From: Dehalococcoidia bacterium
Lineage (GTDB): Bacteria > Chloroflexota > Dehalococcoidia > Bin125
DNA: 64,000 nucleotides
NCBI GenBank assembly: GCA_963662615.2
Contig: CAXXSR010000002.1
Location: 448,001 to 512,000 of the forward strand
Direction of reading: 5' to 3'
Position numbers and translations under genes: made by a program
The notes under the pieces: generated by a model
Database searches by the model: none
Told to the model about the DNA's origin: nothing
The model's input: only the letters and a program-made list of their open reading frames with translations
Shown: piece by piece, positions 59,861 through 64,000 of the stretch
How the letters are laid out: every line of letters begins with the position of its first letter
Position numbering within the stretch: position 1 is the first letter of the stretch

Positions 59861-61057
59861 ATGACCCACCCGCACCAAGCCTGGGTGGAAATCGATCTCG
59901 ACGCGCTGGACCATAATATTTCAGTCTTGAAAGAACTGGCCGGCGAGGCCGCCTTCGCCGCGGTGGTGAAGAGCAACGGCTACGGGCTGGGCGCGCTGGC
60001 GGTCGCGGATGCAGCGGTGGCGGCAGGGGCCGCCCAGGTCTGCGTCTTCAACCTAGACGAGGCGGCGGCTCTGCGGCAGCTTGGGTTCGCGACGCCGATC
60101 CAGGTCCTGGGCTCCATCCCCCCCAGCGAGGCCGAGCGCGCCGTGGAGTTGGACGTCGCGGTGACGGTGTCGCGGCGAGAGCTGCTGGATCCGCTGGCCA
60201 AGGCGGCCGCCGCGCGGGCCGCCCGCGTGCCCGTGCACGTCAAGGTGGAGGCCGGCATGTACCGGCTGGGCGCGCCGGCCCATGTGGCTATCCCACTCGC
60301 AGACGCTGTTCGCGCGGAGCCGTCCCTGCGACTGGCCGGCCTCTGCGCGCACTTTCCCTCGGCCGATGGCGACGACGCCACGGACACGGAAGAGCGCTTC
60401 GCTCGTTTCTTGCGCATCGCGGAGCAGGTGCGAGCGCCGCTCCGCCACGTTGCCAATACCGCCGCCCTCTTGCGCTTTCCCCAGATGGCGCTGGAGATGG
60501 TGCGCGTGGGGGCGGGCATGTACGGAATCGCGCCGGGGGCGTCGGGTCCGCCCGAGGCGCGCGGACTGCGGCCGGTGATGAGCTGGAAGGCCGCCGTGAT
60601 CCAGTTGCACGACGTTCCCGCCGGCGACTCGGTCTCCTACGGCGGCAGCTGGACGGCCTCCCGCGACTCGCGGATTGGGGTGGTGGCGTGTGGCTACGGG
60701 GACGGCTTCCGCCGCTCCCTGGAAAACCGCGGCGAGGTGCTGGTCAATGGCTCCCGGGCGCCGGCGGTGGGCGCGATCTGTATGGACACGTTCCTCGTGG
60801 ATCTCAGCGACGTTGCCGACGCGCGCGCCGGCGACGTGGCGGTGATCGTGGGGGAGGCAGGAGCCGAACGGCTGACGCTGGAACGGTTGGCCGAATTGAG
60901 CGGGACGATCGCCTATGAGGTGTGCACGAGCCTGGGAGCTCGCTTGGCCCGCGTCTACGTGCGCGCCGGGCGGCCCGTCGCGGTGCAGACGCTGCTGGAT
61001 GGGGCGCCCGTCCCGACAACCGGCCGCAGCGCAGCCGCCGCAGTGCTGAGCCGCTGA
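59861..61057 (+). CDS. alr: Alanine racemase
   Basis: WVEIDL.AL..N, AVVKSNGYG (PLP Lys), H.K...GM.RLG, VSYG, ICMD, TIAYE. Confidence 0.94.
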   Translation: MTHPHQAWVEIDLDALDHNISVLKELAGEAAFAAVVKSNGYGLGALAVADAAVAAGAAQVCVFNLDEAAALRQLGFATPIQVLGSIPPSEAERAVELDVAVTVSRRELLDPLAKAAAARAARVPVHVKVEAGMYRLGAPAHVAIPLADAVRAEPSLRLAGLCAHFPSADGDDATDTEERFARFLRIAEQVRAPLRHVANTAALLRFPQMALEMVRVGAGMYGIAPGASGPPEARGLRPVMSWKAAVIQLHDVPAGDSVSYGGSWTASRDSRIGVVACGYGDGFRRSLENRGEVLVNGSRAPAVGAICMDTFLVDLSDVADARAGDVAVIVGEAGAERLTLERLAELSGTIAYEVCTSLGARLARVYVRAGRPVAVQTLLDGAPVPTTGRSAAAAVLSR

Positions 61058-61136
61058 GGCGCCACGACCCCGTGCGGAGACGCGGCGCGGCGATTGCCCG
61101 CCGTCTTCCCTCCGCCTACGATGGCCCACGGAGCCC

Positions 61137-61733
61137 ATGCGATCCCTCGTCCTTCCGCCACGCGCGTTGCGCCTGCTTGTCGTGATGGCGACGGCCGCCC
61201 TCCTGGCCGCGTTGCTGCCGGCCGGAGTATCCGGGGACGGCCTGGTCACGTCCGAGCCGGCGGCGGGCGAGATCTTGGGCGAGGCGCCGCACGTGGTGCT
61301 GCTCACCTTCGATCAGCCTCTCGTGCTTGAAGCGGGCGCCAACAGCGCCGCTCTCCTTGACGGCGACGGCGTCCGCGTCGATGACGGCAAGGCGGAGATC
61401 GCCGCCTACAGCGACCGCGCGCTGATCGTCCGCCTGGCGGCGGGCGTTGAGCCGGAGGGGCCGCTGCGGGCCGTCTGGGTTGTGACGTTTGCGGGCAGTG
61501 GCCAGGTGGTCGAGGGATCGCTCGCCTTCAGCGTGCAGCCGGGGCACGAGCCGTCCGAAGAGGTTGAGGCGGTCGCCGAGCCGTCCCCGCCGCGCGGCAC
61601 CGAGTCGATCGTGCTGTGGACGGTGGCGATCGTCATGAGCACGGCCGTGTTCGTCCTGCTGCTCTATTTTCTGCGCGTCGCCACGGGGAACGCGAAGAGC
61701 AGCGTGGACGGCGTGGACGATTCCGCCCACTAG
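61137..61733 (+). CDS. CopC-fold exported protein with C-terminal TM anchor
   Basis: Signal peptide, L..SEP..GE.L..AP..V.LTF..P, V.W.V, G...F.V; the canonical Cu-binding His residues are not present. Confidence 0.7.
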   Translation: MRSLVLPPRALRLLVVMATAALLAALLPAGVSGDGLVTSEPAAGEILGEAPHVVLLTFDQPLVLEAGANSAALLDGDGVRVDDGKAEIAAYSDRALIVRLAAGVEPEGPLRAVWVVTFAGSGQVVEGSLAFSVQPGHEPSEEVEAVAEPSPPRGTESIVLWTVAIVMSTAVFVLLLYFLRVATGNAKSSVDGVDDSAH

Positions 61734-61746
61734 GCTGCCGGCGTCC

Positions 61747-62487
61747 CTACTCGTCGAAATCGTCCTCTTCCGGCGCCACAGCGATGTTGGGCACCAGCGC
61801 CGTGGCGGGAGCAGCGCGGCGCCGCGCCCGCGTCGGCACCTCAGCGATGCGTGCGCGGAGGGCCTCGACGTGCTTCAGGGTGGGCTCCGACAGGATCAGC
61901 ATGGCGACGCCTGAGTCGCGCAGCGCCTCCAGCATGGCGCTGGAGGCGTGGGGCGGCACCGTCACGCCCAGCGGCGCGCCCACGCTCATGCCTATCTGGC
62001 GCAGCCGCAGCAGCGCGGTCACGGGCAAGGGATCGGCAACGGCGTCGGCGATCACGAGCGTCGGATGGAGGCTCCCGATGGCGCGGAGCTCGCCGGGCTC
62101 TCGGCTGTCCGGGGAGAGTCGCAGGGCGTATTCCAGCTTCTCGGAAAGCAGCCCGTCGGCCGTGGCGCTGTCCGTGCGGAAGACCACGAAGGATGCGCCC
62201 GCCTCCTCGGCGGCGCTGACGCTCTCGGCGGTCAGCATCTCCGGTTCAACGCCCACCGGCGGATCGGCCCCGCTCTCGGCGACCGCGTGAATGAGGGCGT
62301 CAACGGCACCGGGCTGGGCGTGATCGGCGGAGACGATGAGCACGTCGGCGCCGTTCAGACTCGAGCCCGCCGCAGCCACCAGCAGTCCGCGCGCCGATCC
62401 GGCACTGTCCTCCCGTGCTCCGCCGAAACCGAAGGCACGGCCACCGTGCCGGCTAGCGTCCCGGATCCGGTCGGACAGCTTGCTCAT
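61747..62487 (-). CDS. Hypothetical alpha/beta protein
   Basis: Fills the gap between convergent and divergent neighbours; GGAG before ATG; alternating beta/alpha pattern; acidic C-terminus EEDDFDE. Confidence 0.65.
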   Translation of the reverse strand: MSKLSDRIRDASRHGGRAFGFGGAREDSAGSARGLLVAAAGSSLNGADVLIVSADHAQPGAVDALIHAVAESGADPPVGVEPEMLTAESVSAAEEAGASFVVFRTDSATADGLLSEKLEYALRLSPDSREPGELRAIGSLHPTLVIADAVADPLPVTALLRLRQIGMSVGAPLGVTVPPHASSAMLEALRDSGVAMLILSEPTLKHVEALRARIAEVPTRARRRAAPATALVPNIAVAPEEDDFDE

Positions 62488-62754
62488 GTCCGTGCTCCGC
62501 CTTCCAAGGGAAAACGTCGGCGCCATCCCAGCGCACCGCGCGGGCGCGGGTCCCCGCCGCGCGCCCTGGAGCGATGCTACGGACGTGTAGGAGAGAGCGT
62601 CAATCGATCGCGAAGAGCGCCCCCCGCCGCGGGGACTCGCGCCCGGTGCGGCAGTCGACCGCAGCCGGTCGGTCCGCTACCGTCGCGGCGTTCGTCGCGG
62701 CCGGAGCGGCAGACGGCGCCCCGCTCGGCGCAGGGGATGCCCGGAGGACGGCCC

Positions 62755-63180
62755 ATGGATTGGCTCACGGAACCGTTTGGGGCTCAGAACATCGATTGGG
62801 CATCCGTCCCGCTGCGGGTGGGGTTGGGGGTCATCTTTGCCTACTCGGGCTGGGGCAAGTGGCGTCGGGGAATTCGTGGCACGGGGGACTGGTTCCAGGG
62901 CCTGGGCTTGCCCATGCCGCATCTTCTGGCGCCCTTCGTCGCCTCCGTGGAGCTTGGGGGCGGCGTGCTGCTGCTCATGGGCCTGGGCACGAGCTGGGTC
63001 GCGATCCCGCTGGCGGTCAACATGGTGATGGCCAGCCTGACGCAGAAGTTCAAGGTGGGCGCTCCCTTTCAGGGCGGCGACGTCCAAGGCTACGAGCTGG
63101 ACGTCTTGATGGTGATAGGGTGCGTCGCTCTGATCCTGCTCGGCGCGGGCCCGCTCTCCATTGACGGGGCGATCAACTAG
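62755..63180 (+). CDS. DoxX family membrane protein
   Basis: LRVGLG.IF..SG..K, F..LG.P, VELGGG.LL..GL, GYE, GAGP.SID. Confidence 0.9.
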   Translation: MDWLTEPFGAQNIDWASVPLRVGLGVIFAYSGWGKWRRGIRGTGDWFQGLGLPMPHLLAPFVASVELGGGVLLLMGLGTSWVAIPLAVNMVMASLTQKFKVGAPFQGGDVQGYELDVLMVIGCVALILLGAGPLSIDGAIN

Positions 63181-63225
63181 CGACTCGGAGCGGAGACGGC
63201 GCAGCGGCCCCCGGCCCCGAAGGCG

Positions 63226-64000
63226 TCAGCGCTCGCGCCGCTCTATGACCGATCCTTCCGACCTACTCACGTCCGTGACGGTGGCGCCGCCGCCGAAGAT
63301 CAGCGAGGAGGCGCCGCTGAGCCGCACCGGCCCGAGTTCGGACGCGACGGTCAGGGTGGCGGTGCTGGCATCGCGCAACTCTACGCCGGCGACGTCGATC
63401 AGAAAGTCGTCAAGGATGAAGCGGCTGGCGCCGGAGCCGTTGATCACGGCCAGGCGAGCGGATCCGCGCACCTCGACGCTACTGTCGCCAGACAGTTCGA
63501 AGCGAACCTCGGCCGCCAGCAGGTCGCCGCTGACGCTGCTTGCCTCCTCGGCTTGCAGGTCGAAGCGGCCCGGCACGTCGAAGCCGGACAGCCGGACCTG
63601 ACTGCCGCTGCCGACAATTAACTCTCGCAAGGCTGGCATGACAATGGAGACTTGCGGGGGTGCGCCTTCGATCACGGTCGTGCTCCGCACGGTCAGCGTG
63701 AGCGTGTCGCCGTTCTGCAGCAGACGCAGGTGCGGTCCCACGTCGTTGGTCGCGGTGACGGCGACGTGGAACGTGTCGCCCTGCACGATCTCGGCGACAT
63801 AGGCGGTGCGAAATCCCACGTGCACCCGATCGAAGTCGGCGAGGTCGAAGGTCACGGTTCTGAGTTCCCCCGAGCCGCTCACGGTGTTGAGTTGCGCGCA
63901 GGCGGCCAGGAGGATCGCGGTGGCGGCTCCGGCGACGGTCAGGGCGACCAGGCAGACTGTGGGAAGACGGCGTCTTGCCAGGACGACACCGGGTCGGGTC
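63226..64000 (-). CDS. DUF2807 (GIN) repeat lipoprotein, 5' end beyond the window
   Basis: Frame is open to the window edge; LLAAC lipobox, GSG, FD.V, repeated SG.S beta-helix units. Confidence 0.8.
   Translation of the reverse strand, partial: TRPGVVLARRRLPTVCLVALTVAGAATAILLAACAQLNTVSGSGELRTVTFDLADFDRVHVGFRTAYVAEIVQGDTFHVAVTATNDVGPHLRLLQNGDTLTLTVRSTTVIEGAPPQVSIVMPALRELIVGSGSQVRLSGFDVPGRFDLQAEEASSVSGDLLAAEVRFELSGDSSVEVRGSARLAVINGSGASRFILDDFLIDVAGVELRDASTATLTVASELGPVRLSGASSLIFGGGATVTDVSRSEGSVIERRER

Noticed and set aside
52000-64000. GC-skew inversion near parS
   Set aside because: My impression from codon endings was inconsistent; it needs a computed cumulative skew.

Overview
A very GC-rich (about 70% by eye), gene-dense, mostly housekeeping segment of a bacterial chromosome. 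Gene order and protein style suggest Chloroflexota, probably Dehalococcoidia-like (inference). In order, it contains: two tandem M23 lipoproteins; a MoxR-DUF58-transglutaminase-like operon; dnaE; lysC/thrB; thiolase; tmk; pdxST; a PfkB kinase; USP-trkA-trkA-pheA-fpg; larBC; an HD-GYP protein; radC; the tRNA(Thr-Tyr-Thr)-tuf-rpmG-secE-nusG-rplKAJL cluster; PIN/TRAM-ispDF-truncated cysE-cysS; a radical SAM gene; gdhA; an M16 peptidase; lysA-holB-PSP1; the origin-type cluster rpmH-rnpA-yidD-(beta-propeller lipoprotein)-yidC-jag-parA-parB with one parS site but no dnaA; then slt, alr, CopC-like, DoxX and DUF2807 genes. I saw no CRISPR array, IS, integrase or prophage. The best leads are: a transglutaminase whose catalytic Cys and His positions both read Tyr; a LexA-type box on the dnaE start codon; switch-like structured leaders before pdxS and the M16 peptidase; a beta-propeller lipoprotein inside the yidD-yidC operon whose first codons are a parS site; a cysE lacking its catalytic domain; a G3-to-C3 gradient within tuf; and many in-frame micro-duplications. 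All family calls and RNA pairings were made by eye; no searches or folding programs were run.
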